A stretch of DNA of 63,477 nucleotides, filler included, from Welwitschia mirabilis (lineage: Eukaryota): the NCBI GenBank assembly GCA_051453625.1. It is 4 parts of one record of this genome, joined end to end, with 100 filler letters (N's around TTAATTAATTAA, not from the genome) between each part and the next. Parts side by side here need not be neighbours in the genome. Positions count along the whole stretch, not along the records: positions 1 to 31,178 come from JBOZIK010000001.1; positions 31,279 to 53,444 come from JBOZIK010000001.1; 2 more parts are not named here. The stretch is one strand, 5' to 3'. Below are positions 27,164 to 40,569 of this stretch, in pieces (the first letter of the stretch is position 1; every line of letters begins with the position of its first letter). Under the pieces are notes generated by a model that was given only the letters and a program-made list of their open reading frames with translations, had not been told where the DNA came from and did no database searches. The position numbers and the translations under genes are program-made.

Positions 27164-28600
27164 ATGTCAATTGATTGAATATGTGTACCTAACAAATACA
27201 TCCTAAAAAATTTTCAAATGAGATAAATTTAGAACTCTCTTAAAATTATGTCATATCGATGTTTACATTAGTTTAATAAAGTGACCATTCAGTTAAGAAG
27301 ATAATTTTGTATTAACAAGCAATGTGTCATCTCTTGTATTACACCATTTTTTCCTTTTTTCTTTCCCATATCTTTTTAGTAAGTAATCACATGTTGTTTG
27401 CTTCATAATGCTACATTAATTATAAAATTTATTGAACTCATTATTTACAATTTCATCTTCTCTATTACTTCTAATAGATTTTCTCTTTTGTCTCAATTAA
27501 TTTTTAGTGTGTGCTTTTAAATATTTAATAATAGATAATGCTTCATCTTTATAATGGAGGAGTTAAGGACAAGTATACCTAGAAAAATCATCAATAATCA
27601 TCATAAAATACCTTGAACCTTTTATTTTCCAAGTATCTATTAGACCAACCAAATTCATGTGCACTAACTAAAGTGACATAGTTTTTCTTTTCATAATGGA
27701 ATTATGTGGATTACCATTTTGCTTAGCATTCATGCATGTTTTACAAACTTTAGCAAGTATTTCTTAATATTTAATGCCTAACACACTTTAATATTTTGTC
27801 ATATTCATAATATTTGTGTAGGAAGTATTTCCTAATCTCATGTGTCATAGAATTAAAGGAATGTTTAATTATAATTGACATTGACATAAGTTATGAATCT
27901 TTACCTTATGTATGATCTCTCATAAAAACCAATGTCTAGATTTAATTTAACATTCTTTGAAGGGTAGTGAAGAATTCTATACCATCCTTTATGGCATAAC
28001 CACTCTTATCAAACATAACTTTGCTTCATCTTTGAACTATATGTTCAACTGAAAGTAAGAAGTTAGAAAGCTCAAGTACATAAAAATCATCATGAATATT
28101 AATCCATCTTCCATCCTAGAGATTTATTTTGACATCTCTAATGCCATCTACTTTGATAATATCACTGTTACCAAATTTGATTGATCCTAAACCAGTAAGC
28201 ATATATTTGACAAATAAATTTTTATTCATGTGATTCAAATAACTACTATTCACAATCCATGTAGAAGAATCAATATTTTTTAATGAAATCAAGGATGGAT
28301 AATTTGCTATTCATAGGTTGACTTGCTTTTATTTATTAATTATTGGTTGAGAAGTAGATGCTCACATTTTTTAATGAGTTTGGATGAAGTATTATTATTT
28401 GAAATGGTGGAAAAACCAACTTTCCATCAACATTTATCTTTATATGACCTAGTTTTTGCAATTTATACATCACTTTATGCCTTCTTTAGAGTATTATTTT
28501 TTATACTTATTTTAAAAGTAATTACCTTTTCTCTTTGATTATCAAATCTTCCACCTTCTTGGAATGATCATCTTCCTCTCTAAAAACCTATGATTTTGAG
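27164..28600 (-). pseudogene. Copia integrase core, GAG-pre-integrase, protease and gag remnant
   Basis: Minus strand reads as YFMMIIDDFSRYT (~27570-27610), a WIVNSS protease-like motif (~28250) and a degenerate zinc knuckle (~28420-28460); continues the pol broken at 19591. Confidence 0.8.
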
Positions 28601-28642
28601 AAAAATTAGAGGTATGATTATTGCCTCCATGATTTTAACAAC

Positions 28643-29815
28643 TATTGCAGTGTAAATTTTGCAATATTTAAGTCCTTAGGCAAAAACTTGTAAATCACAA
28701 TGCTTGCAGAAAACACATACTAGTGTGGATGGGTGTTAACTTGAATGTCGTAATCCATTGAAGACAATAGGCTAGAAGTTAGAAAATTTATTTACAAGTT
28801 ATTTTTAATCTTTTTTATTTAGTAAATAAAAGTAAACAAGAATGTAAATGCAATGCAAGATGAATGATGGTGAAAATGTAATGGATGGAATACAAGTGAG
28901 ATGTGTCCTATTAGACTCTAATTCTTTTGTCACAAGAATTATTTCTTTATAACTTAGATTAACTAGGAAGAGTTCTATTACTTATTCCTAGTCAACATAA
29001 ACTATAAGAATTACCAAATAGAATATGGATAATGCAATATGAAACTAAAATGAAATAGCAATAAAAATCTAAATCAACGAGATCAACCTTAAAAAATGTT
29101 TCCATTATGATCTAAATAAATTATAGGACTATCATTAAACTATAATCAACTTAAACCATAAGGGACATTAACACAATTGTATTAAAAAAAGCAATTGAAT
29201 TGATCATGAAACTTTTACATCCACTTACAACAAAGTAATAACATCTCAATGGAGGATATTCAATCTAACACCAAGGTAAACTGCTCTCTGTAGCTACTAG
29301 ATGAACCTATTATCCTTCAATATTTCGTCACAAGAACATCGAGTACAAAAGATAAATTAGAAGTAAGAATAAGGGAGGTATTTATAGTTTTACATTAAAG
29401 GTTCTAGAATTGTAATCCTAAAACAATTATCATCATGACTGTTATGGGGACGAAACTAGGGATGATACCTCCTTAGAAAAGGGTGCTCATTGGCTTCAAG
29501 CTTTAGTCTAAGTTGCTATTGCAATAGGCTAATATAGAGCGGACTTCCTGTCTATCATGGGAACGATAATGAGAACAACACTCTTCCAAAGCTCTCCAGC
29601 TAAAGCAAATCATCCTTCTTCATCATTAATCTTTCTCCAATATACTAAGCACCAAAACATGCCTGAAATGCCTCCAAATAAGTCAAGAATTACGTGTTTC
29701 CATGATCATCTCATCAACTCTCCATAATCATCAAAATTTCATCTAAACCTATATAAATTTCCTGTAAAATTACTCTAATTACACCATCAAATTCCTATAA
29801 ATTAACATCGCAAAA
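28643..29815 (-). repeat. Athila-type 3' LTR
   Basis: TATTGC...CATCGCAAAA termini; reverse-complement homologue of 57031-58194; followed by PPT TAGCCCCCTACTTA. Confidence 0.85.
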
Positions 29816-31178
29816 TAGCCCCCTACTTAGCCTTATCAATTCCTAATAAAGTAAGCGATTAACTATATTGTGAGCCAATTTGACTAAGATAATTAGCAAT
29901 TAGAAAAATGGAATTTGAGTTCAATTTTATCATGTAGGAATAGACATCAAAAACCCATTAATTGACACAATCACTGATGTATTCATAAGTCCCCTACTTA
30001 AATGCATCACGATAGAATGAAGGAATGTCATACACCTACAAAAATAATAAACTGTGACAATTATAGCTCAAAAAATGATAATGTGTATGCATAATGCAAG
30101 ACAGTGATACTAAAACTGATGTGTAAAAATTAAGTAGTAATAATCTTAAAGAATGATGCATGAAAAGTTTATTAATGTACTCTATAAGATAAAAGTACAA
30201 AAGTAATCATAGCATTCTTTTCCTTAAATGATCTAAAACATAGTTGCAGGAAAACTCTGTGAGACTGCTACTGTGATCCTACTAAATAAAGTCCATGAAA
30301 TTTATTCAAGTAACATGAAGTCATATCCAAATAACTCATCATAAATATGTATCATGAAAGCTCAAATATGATCCTTTTTTTAAAATTATAAATTTTTGCT
30401 TAATATCTCAAAAGAATGCTTAGAAATTTGTCCTGTTCCCCCTCCCACAGGTGAAGTAAGACATCCCAGATTGCATAGAGTAATGCATAGAGTAAAAAAG
30501 GATGATTATCATTCTATCTTTCGTGAGAATAATAGATATGAGACGATAGTAATCAAATGAGATTTTTGAATAGATAGGAAAAATTTAAAAAATTCTAAAA
30601 GCAAGTAAGCAGTTGAAAAGTAGTAGAAAAGCAGAAAGAAGGTAGAAAGTAAATAAATATCCTGAAAAATATAACCATGATGGAAAGAGACTTATGTAAA
30701 AAGGATGTTAAAGAGAAGAAAATGCACTAAGTAGAAAAAAGCAATACTCAAAAGAACTCCTTAAGTATGCATTAAACTCAATGAGCGTTCAAGATTATGT
30801 AAGTTGATGTATGCAAAAGCAAAAACAAAGAAATGGAAAAAAACATTATCATAAAACAAAAGGAACACATCAATCAAAGTGAAAGGAATGCATCAATTTA
30901 AAGTATTTAAAAGGAAAATAACCATTATAAGTAAAAACTATCAGTGAAAATAAAAAGAGAATTAAAAAACCACTAAATAATCAATTGCTAATTATTATGT
31001 GAAAAAGATACGGAAATAACTTTGAAAATTCCAAACAAAACAACTAAGGAAAACATAATGAAAATGGACAACTAGGAACATGAAGAAGATTGTTGACCTA
31101 TCCAAAATTCCACCCTAGTAAAGTCCCTTGGTAGAAATCATAAAATCACCTAATAATAATGCATGACATAATGTAAAA
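29816..31178 (-). mobile_element. PPT and 3' internal non-coding region of Athila-type element, cut by scaffold end
   Basis: PPT at 29816-29829; shares motifs with 54862-55700 (e.g. GAACATGAAGAAGATT). Confidence 0.7.
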
Positions 31179-31278
31179 NNNNNNNNNNNNNNNNNNNNNN
31201 NNNNNNNNNNNNNNNNNNNNNNTTAATTAATTAANNNNNNNNNNNNNNNNNNNNNNNNNNNNNNNNNNNNNNNNNNNN
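31179..31278. other. Artificial scaffold linker N44-TTAATTAATTAA-N44
   Basis: Identical 100-nt structure occurs three times; gives stop codons in all six frames. Confidence 0.95.
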
Positions 31279-31349
<71 letters not shown>

Positions 31350-31395
31350 ACACTCTCACACACTCACTCACACACACACACTCTCTCTCTCTCTC
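31279..31395. repeat. (CT)n/(CA)n compound microsatellite
   Basis: Directly visible. Confidence 0.95.
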
Positions 31396-31849
31396 ACTAA
31401 TATAATTTAAGTTAAATTTTAAATTTTCATTAACTCTAGGCTTACTTACTATATATTCATGTATTTAATTAAGGTTCTACACTTAATTATTAACTTACAT
31501 ATTAGACCATACCATACATTAACTAAATTATTAATGACTCTATAAAGCTTAGATGATGCATTAGTAGTATTGTAACATTCACATAACTAACATTCAATCC
31601 TCTGAAATTAAGATGTATAGATAAGTTATGCATTAAAAAATATGAAAATTTTAATTAAGAAGAAAGAGGATTATAAAAAGCATGCTAAGATCCTAATAAG
31701 TTTTAAATTAATTCTAAATTAGAACTTTCTTAACCATGTCCTATTATTAGAAAATTTTTAAAACATGAATGCTAAGCTTTTTGAGCTATTAATGAATAAT
31801 TAATCTTTTTTTAAAATGTTTTAGACCATTAAATTTTATTAAAGGAATT

Positions 31850-32200
31850 CACCTTTGCTAAAAACATTTTCATATCTTTATTTTAGCTTTCATGGGTTTA
31901 GATATCTAAAAGCAACACAAAAGAGCTCATCAGGTTTAGCTTTCAAAAGAAGTAATATTTTTAAAATTTTCTATTATTAGGATTTGAAAAAGGTTTTAAT
32001 ATCCCTTGTATCAGTTAATTTATTTTAAGAAACCCACCTTTCCTAAACCCACTTTTGCATCTTTATTTTATCTTTCATAAGTTCAAGAACATCTAAAAGT
32101 AGCACCAAAAAGCTCATCAAGTTTAGGTTTTAAAAGAAATAATATTTCTAAATTTTTCTATTATTGAAAAGTTAGAAAAGATTTTAATGTATCTAATCCA
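31850..32200. repeat. ~187-bp direct tandem duplication
   Basis: ATCTAAAAG...AGCTCATCA...TTCTATTATT at ~31904 and ~32091. Confidence 0.8.
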
Positions 32201-32203
32201 TAG

Positions 32204-33375
32204 TTTCTCAGCATAAAAAGTGTGGATTATCTTCCTCTTGATTTTGCTTAAAAATTTTTAAACCTTCTTAAAGCCCTCTTCCCTCATCCTAAATCATACT
32301 GGAAACTCTGTTGTATATAGTTCTTATTACAAATTTTTATTTACAGGATTAGGAGCTACAAAGGAAGTTATCAATCAATAGGTGATGTTGCTAAAATCTT
32401 TTAAACTACTATCTTTTATTTTTAAATTAAGGTCAAGCAATTTGATTTTATTAAATACTTTAGTTTTTTGTTTTATATGGCATGGCATGCATTTTTGTAA
32501 GTCAAAATGTTGAGCACTATGCACTTGTAAAATTATAAAGATGTTATCTTCTTGCAATTCTATGTTTACAATTTTTCATTATTAAAATAATGATTCTATT
32601 TTTGTTTCTACCTACCAAGAATCTTTCTAAGTATCAATGTAATTTTATTATAATTTTTTAATTTGGGGTAGTATTAAGTTAAGTCATAGAAAATCAAAAG
32701 AAAGAAATATAAATAATTAAAAGATATAGCTTACTAGTTTACTTGGAGGGGTGTTAAATAGTAATTCAACGGTTTAAATATTAATAAAAAATTAAATTAA
32801 ATGTTTTAAATAAAATGGCTAACACATGTTTCAAGGATATCACTTTAAAAATATAGTTGACATAACTCAAAGGTCCTTGTTTTGCTTTTTTCTTATGTTT
32901 AAGTTCTTAATGTCCCCCATCAAGTTATATGACAATCACACAACCAACCCTCCCCCAGTTCCCCATACAAATTCTTTCTTGTCTATCATTTTTTTTCCCT
33001 CCATTCTTCTTTCTATGTCATTGTTCTTGTACTTCTTTTCTCTCTTTCTTCTTCTTCCCCTTAACCCTTTCTTAACTTTATAGGTTCTTTAAGTGATAAT
33101 TTCATAATGCTTGAACTTTTGGAAGCTAAATTTTAAATTTATAAAAAGGGGTTGATAATGGTATTATTAGGTTTTCATTAAGGGTATGAGTGTGAACTTT
33201 GGCATGCATTGTAGGAGTAGTGTAAAATATTTTTAGACTTAGATTTTTTTTTAGTTAATATTTAAACCTTTGGCCTACTATTTAACACCACTATAAGTAA
33301 ACCACTAAGTTATACCTTTTAATTACTTATATCTCTTTTCTTTTTATTTTCTATTTCTTCTCTTAATATTACTCC

Positions 33376-33450
<75 letters not shown>

Positions 33451-33550
33451 NNNNNNNNNNNNNNNNNNNNNNNNNNNNNNNNNNNNNNNNNNNNNNNNNN
33501 NNNNNNNNNNNNNNNNNNNNNNNNNNNNNNNNNNNNNNNNNNNNNNNNNN

Positions 33551-33586
<36 letters not shown>

Positions 33587-34032
33587 CTAAATCTATATAC
33601 ATAATCGAAAGTTCTTACTAGGTAAAACAAAAAACAAAACCACTATTTAATAATCAAAAATTACAAATGCAGACTTGTAAGAAGATAACATCTTTACAAT
33701 GTTTTTTTTAGGTATATAGTGTTCACTATTTCAGCTCACAAAAATATATGTCATGCCCTATAAAGTAGAAACTTAAAATATTTAATAAAATATTATTGTT
33801 TGGCCTTAATTTCAAGATGGAGGATAGTAGTTAAAAAACTTTTAGTGTCATCACCTATTAATGAGCCACTTCTTTTATAGCTCTTAATCATATAAATAAA
33901 AATTTATGATGACAACTATGTATAACATAGTTTCCAATATGGCCCAAGATGAGAAGAGAGGGTTTCAAGAAGTTCCAAAAATTTCCAAATTGAATCAAGA
34001 GGAAGATAACCAATACTTTGTTAGTTGAGAAA
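32204..34032. mobile_element. Foldback/long inverted repeat, probably a non-autonomous Mutator-like element
   Basis: Arms ~32204-32810 and ~33225-34032 are reverse complements, e.g. TTATCTTCCTCTTGATT/AATCAAGAGGAAGATAA and TAAAGATGTTATCTTCTT/AAGAAGATAACATCTTTA. Confidence 0.75.
33381..33582. repeat. (CA)n microsatellite spanning an N gap
   Basis: Directly visible. Confidence 0.95.
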
Positions 34033-34989
34033 GTGTTTTATTTTTATTAACTTTAACTTTATATTTAGTAAATTTTAAACTTTTAACAACATAGATGTGT
34101 CCTAGGAGGGAATTTATATCATATTTTACATATTTTTCCTTGATCTTTCTAATAGTTTGATTTCATGACTGTGAAAGTCCAATAAATCGTACAACTATTT
34201 GACTTGACTGAATTTTTAATTTTTTATTTAATAAGTAAATCCCAAATATCAGCTCTACTTTAGGGCCCAACAAAATTTCCCCTAAGAAATTTAAAATTAA
34301 GACGTCTTAGGTATTTTTTAAAATTTTCATTTTAGATTCACAAAATAGAGGTTGTAAAAGACTGAAGACTTCTCAAGAAAGTTTAGTTTAATGCTTAACA
34401 AGAGTAAAAGACAAATAAGGAAAGTTTCTAAGTAAAATAACTCATCAAAAATAACAAATTTTGAAAAAATGAATACAGATTTTTCAAAAGGAAAGAAGTT
34501 TCATTAATAAAAATTAGAAACAATCACAATAAAAGAAGAAAAGGCTTGAATCATATATAAATTTTATATCTAATTTTATAGCTAAAAAGGGGATTCTCAA
34601 GTTTGAGTCTTTCTTGTTGATTGAAGTTTTTTAAGATAAAAAGATAAGGACTCAAGGTTTATACTTTTTATAAAGGAATGGCTAATGAGGTGTCACTTAA
34701 ACAAGAGCCGGCTTGACTTTTCTCAACCTCTCTTTTTCACACTTGATCAATACAAAATAAATTTAAAATTTTCTTAAATTAAAATAAAGCAACTTTTAAG
34801 TTAAATTAAAATTTTTTAACTTCGCAATTTTTATAAGAAAATAAATTCACATAAAAATGACTATAAGGCCATCTTCATTAACCTTAATTTTTTACAATTA
34901 ATTTAAGTAAAAAAATTTTATTGAAACTTGAAAAGTGTGGACATAATAGACATTGAGCATCCAATATGACCATTAAGTTAGAGAAAGGA

Positions 34990-36600
34990 TAAAGCTTCAA
35001 AGAATCAAGCTAAGAATTATTATTCAAAGTCCCTGTGAATATGAATAATGAAAAAGAATGATCTTATGATGCTCTAGGAGATATACTTAATAACCCTTTT
35101 GGTTGATTAGATATGCTACAAAAATATTGATGCAATCATGTATTCTAATTTATCATGACATTTTCTTAGGATGTAGACATAGCACTTACAACCAAAAACA
35201 TGAAAATGGTTTAACTTTGGCTTGTATTAATACCACTTTTTAATTGGAGGTACTCCCTTTTTAGTATATTAACCAATACAATTATTGAAATATACTATGA
35301 CATTTACTACCTCATCTTAAAAATAGGTCTCACAACACTTAAATACATCATAACATGCATCATATCCATGATAGTACAATTATATCAATTATCAATGTCA
35401 TTTCATTGGGTATTCCTAGGTATGTCTTTAAAAATCAAATCCATTTAGAAGCAAGAAAGTTCTTGAAATTAGCAGATGTATACTCACTATCATTATCTAA
35501 GTGGAAACTTTTAATCTAATAGTTAACTTGCTTTTTCAGTTTACTTTTAAACTTTTTAAAGATATTCAAAGTATGTAATTTGGATTTGATGAAGTATACC
35601 CAACTCATTCAATAATAGTCATTAATAAAGGATATAAAATAATAAAAGTCATAAAGATGGAAAACTAACATAAGTCTACATATATCACTGTGAGCAAAGA
35701 AAAGCTTTCAATCAATATATCATTTACTTGATGAAAACTATTATCTAATTACTTTATTCATAATACATGATTTACAGTAAGAAAAATCTAATGTTACAAG
35801 TGAATGAAGTCAATGATCATTCCCATCTATTGCTTCCGTTATATGAGGAGTAGGATGTCCTAGTCGATTATGCCACAGAAGTAAGGGAAGCTCTTATATT
35901 ATAAAATTATTTAAGTGATTTCTTACATTCTGATACAACTATGAAGATAATCAAGCTTTCTATCCATGTAGACTTTCATAACCAGTTACTAATTTCTATT
36001 ATAGACATTTACTGGGTGCTTTACCATAGAAATAGAGTGCTCTTTACAAAATAAAAAACATGTGAAATAGTCTATGAATAGAGTCATATCAAGTCAAGGG
36101 TAACCAAGTCATAGCCTTCTAAAAGAACTAGTATTCTATCTGCTAAATAAACATGATTTAGTAATTTGATAAATCCATCAAAATAATTATGTTAATAAGT
36201 CATATGATGAGTTGCATTTGTGTTAATAATGCAGATCTCATCATGAGGTATGTATTTAGTCATACCAATGAAGTCAAAATTTTCAAAGACTACATTAGAT
36301 TCAAAATTTTTAACACCATCGTGAAAATTAAATTCTTTAGTAAGTGTGTTTGCTTGATGTGTAAACTTTATCTTATTCCAAGGAATCATATAGAAGTTAG
36401 TGGTATGACCTTATCTTTCACATCATAAGGACCAATACTTGTTCTTCTTAGGAGTGGTAGTATCCTGAACTTTCTTTTTATTTTACTATTTTAATAGAGT
36501 CCTATTCTTATCATAATGCATTTATTTTTGCAAATGGAATTTATAGGTAAACTATTTATGTGGGTGAGGAGAATTATGATAATGAAAACTTTGCATGCAA
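34990..36600 (-). pseudogene. Ty1/copia gag knuckle, protease, GAG-pre-integrase and integrase fragment
   Basis: CER*GH (~36410), IINTNATHHMT (ORF 36192), LWHNRLGHP (~35850-35877), NHFHVFGCKCYV (~35175-35212). Confidence 0.88.
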
Positions 36601-37017
36601 CATCATGAGAAGAAGATCATGTGAACTTAAACTAAGCTTCGATAGAAATGAGATACTCGCTAAGCATATTAAAAGTCATATTATTTAATTATTTATTATT
36701 ATGTAGTAACATAATATAACTACATAAAGAAGATTATTTTAAACAATAGTGAATCGAATTGACATATAAATGTGACTTGTTTTTGTGAGTCATTTTTTGC
36801 TACCTTTGCCTTAAATTCTTACATCTTTGTAATTGATTCTCTTATCTTGCCATTTTTATAATACAAACTATTTATGTGAGTTATGAGATTAAGGAGCTTC
36901 AAATCATTATTTTAGTANNNNNNNNNNNNNNNNNNNNNNNNNNNNNNNNNNNNNNNNNNNNNNNNNNNNNNNNNNNNNNNNNNNNNNNNNNNNNNNNNNN
37001 NNNNNNNNNNNNNNNNN

Positions 37018-38400
37018 TATTTTAGTAGAATGTATTCCTCAAGGTACAAAAGTTGGTATAGCTTTTTTAATTCAATCAACCAACTTCTTATGTTGATAGG
37101 AAATATATTTTCACATAATCTTTGTCAATTTCTAATCAATATCTTGTTAAGTAGCTTATTTAGCCTAATCATAAAGAGATGTATGTTCACATGTTAATAA
37201 TTCCTCCTCATAATCATAAGTCCACATGATTGATATAAAATTATTATGCCAAACCTTTGATCATTGATCATCTTAAAGAGTGACTCTCATATTGTCCATA
37301 ATCTTAGTTGTAAGTATGGGTGTGAATAACTTTGATAATCACTGAAACTTACCCTGTAAAAATATAATGAATATGTCATAATGGAAAGAGGATGAAAATC
37401 AAAAGAGAGTTAACAAGCTATGAGGTAAAGTTGAAAATCAAAGGTATCTTACCTACATCCACAACTAAAAGAAATCTATCTATCACATAAAGAAATCCTA
37501 TCAAATCAACAAAAAGATATAATAAAAAAAGGATAAAGAGATGGTATAGTCATAAGAAAAAGAATCTTTCACTCATTCATAACTTTAAGTAATCTATCCA
37601 AGAAACAATTCAACTAAAGCAAAGATAGAAAATGTTACAACAAAGAGGTATAGTCATAATGAAAGGAAATCAAGTCCATAAATTAAGTGATTTATTCAAA
37701 CTATAAAGTATGAAAATCAAGAAATCCCCCAACCAACAAGAACCTACATGCACAAAAAATAAAACGAAGGTACTTTTTTCAAAAATTTTTAATGTAAGCA
37801 AGTTTAATTTTAAAGCAAGAGGCCTATATTAATTATTAGGTGATGAAAATATTAAGATTAATCAATTTTAAAGTCATCTTCCAAATCTAGATTTTGATCA
37901 TGTCCTCTCTAATGGTTGTACCCTTGTCTCCAAAGGAAGTGAAATAAACAAAATGTGAATCATTCCAAAGGTAAAAGATCTCTTTATTCATAGATTAAAG
38001 AAAAGATCATTAAGTCCCATAAACTTGGCAAAGTTTAGTTACTTCAACTATATATCCCCTTAAAGGAAGAGTACCATGCAATATTAGCAATCTACCTATA
38101 GCTTAAACTTAGTGAATTTTAGATTTTATTAGACTTATGTTCCTTGCTAATGAAAACCAAGTAAATCCTATAACTATGCCTTAGATCTTTACCAATATTC
38201 CCTTGATTACTAAGGTATATGTAGGAATGTGAACCTTGGGGTTCCCAGGACATTTCTATTCAAGAGAGACACAGCTCCCCATATAGTCTGAACTTAACAA
38301 CTATGGTATGTAAGACTACACAATAAGCTTTAGAATACATTTTAAAGACTAACATAAATCTCTTTCTATGTAAGGATCCTCCTGTCCATCACCAATCAAA
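37018..38400 (-). mobile_element. Probable 3' internal region of an Athila/Tat-type element
   Basis: CCTGTAAAAATATAA...ATGGAAAGAG (~37353) resembles ~30661; similar A-rich composition. Confidence 0.4.
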
Positions 38401-40489
38401 ATTTATCACTAGTTAAAAAAACCTCAAGTGTTTTAAGTGGTAAAAGGTAATTTCTATTTTTATTACTTAATTAAAGAAGGATTAATAAAATTATTAAATG
38501 TAAAATAAGAGAGTAAGAAATCAAACACACATAAGAAAAAGGAAGTGATTGTAGTATCGTGAAGCTAAGTAAATTTTGCTCACCATCCAACTTAGCTTAA
38601 TTTATCTAAATCATAAAAATAAGTTCAAGTAAAAGAAAAAGCAATTCAAGAAATCTTTCTCCACATCCAAACTCAAGTTTATGAAAGATATTTAGTTTAC
38701 ACAACTAAAAAATGGCCAAAAATCTTAAGGAAAAAAACCCTTCAAAAAAAAGAAATGAAGATCTTAGAACTAAGGAAAAGTACTCAACATATTAAATGAA
38801 AGGATATTACTTAATATTCCAATTTGATTTGATAACAAAAAGTGAGTCTTGGATTTGCAAGTTTGAGAAAAAATCCAAAAACCTCAAAGAAAAGCTAAAA
38901 ATGCTCAAAAATCAAAGAAATGCAAAAAACTATGCATGTGTGCAAAACAAAGTGAAAAGACAGACAATTCCTAACTAAATTGCAAGTGCACAAAACTTGT
39001 AATGGATAAGCAATTACTTAATGATACTTCATGTGCACAAGAGAGGGCCAAAGCATAGTCCAGAATGTACATATGCATAGGACTAATAAGAATTGTTTAG
39101 GAAGAAGAAAATGTACATGTGTGCATGATTTGAGAAATTGCCATACAAAACAAAATATGTGTTCCAAACATGAAAAAATCATAAATCCATAAATCAAAAA
39201 ATTTTGTGCATGAACAAAGATTATCAAGAATCAATTATCAATAGAGAATAGAAGTAGAATGTAGTAGTGATGTAGGTAGTTGGATGACAAAAGTAGAATG
39301 CAAAGAATGGCATGTAGATGATAATGATTAAATTTAATTAAGTTTTATAATCTTAGGATGCCATGGTGGCTAAGATTTGGCACAAATCAACTTTTATTTC
39401 CTTTACAACAAAAATAAATAGAAACATGAAAACTAAAAAAGAAACAACACAATGTAGGTAACATGTTTTAGTAACAAGAGGAGAGTAGTTGGTAGAAAGG
39501 GTGTTAACAAAGCTAGAAAATGATAAAAGTGATCTTGATGCATTAGAGAGATGTAAATAAAAATTCAAATGGTGGAAATTAAGATCAACCTACAAATGCA
39601 AATGGCAAAAGTTGTAGACATGAGTAAGTATGAGTAGCCAAGGGTAGTAGGCAGGGGATGCAATGGGAGACCAAGTAATGACAACATGTAGAAAAAATGA
39701 AGCCACAAGAAAAAGAAAGATAAAGTTAATAGGCTTCAAAATGAGATAACACTAGTAAACTGCAAAGTGTTGGTGATAGCTAGGTGACACACAAGTAAGC
39801 ATAAGTATATAGAAAATGTAACAAAGATCAACATAATATATAGATAGTAAATAATAGTGCAACAAATAAATGGCATAGAATGGTGCAGTGGCCAACATAG
39901 GAAAAAAAAACACATCTACAAAAAGAACGTGGTGGCTACAGACACTTCTCATCTAGATTAATAGAGGTTCAAGTTGTTCGTAAATCACTGCAATAATGAA
40001 AAGAAATGAAGGAGGTAAGAATGGCTAGTCAACTAGGGTTAAAACCCCATTTACAGCGATAAAAGAATTTGAGAAAATGTCCCCTTTAAAAAAAATTTAT
40101 ATTTTCTTTAAGAAAATACTTTAAAGAAAAAGAAAAAATTGTCCCCCTTTTTGATGATGCTTTAAAAGATTTTACACTTTATCATATTGCATAATATCAT
40201 TATTAATGTGGGAGTCATCTACTCGCATATACTCCTCCATGTGCATGAAGCTATATAAGGTGCCCCCTATTTAGTAAAAGCTTTATATTTATTTTTAAAA
40301 ACTTTTGAAAATAAAATCAAAAATTAACAAAAAAGCTAGAAGAGAGAAATAAAAGGCTAAAAGATAAGCCCAAGAAGGCATTGAAAAGGGCCTAAAAATC
40401 TCCAAATCTTCAAGCTTGAAGCAAAGAGGTCATAAGAATCTTTAAAGATCAAGGATGGCCAAAGAGTGCTTCACAAGATCTCCTCCAAA

Positions 40490-40503
40490 GCTATGATACC
40501 ACT
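40490..40503 (-). promoter_or_regulatory. PBS (tRNA-Met type)
   Basis: Reverse complement AGTGGTATCATAGC. Confidence 0.7.
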
Positions 40504-40569
40504 TATTAAAAAATAAATGAGCAAGAATCATAATAAAAAAACTTTAAAAATAAAATATTTATTTCTCTA

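Larger units (their letters stand above)
16625..28642 (-). mobile_element. Degenerate Ty1/copia element interrupted by an Athila-type insertion and truncated in gag by another LTR
   Basis: Putative 3' LTR ~16625-17470, RH/RT/INT 17700-19591, INT/PR/gag resuming at 27164-28600. Confidence 0.85.

Noticed and set aside
31223..31234. Palindrome TTAATTAATTAA as a biological site
   Set aside because: Identical N-flanked copies three times; it is an assembly spacer.
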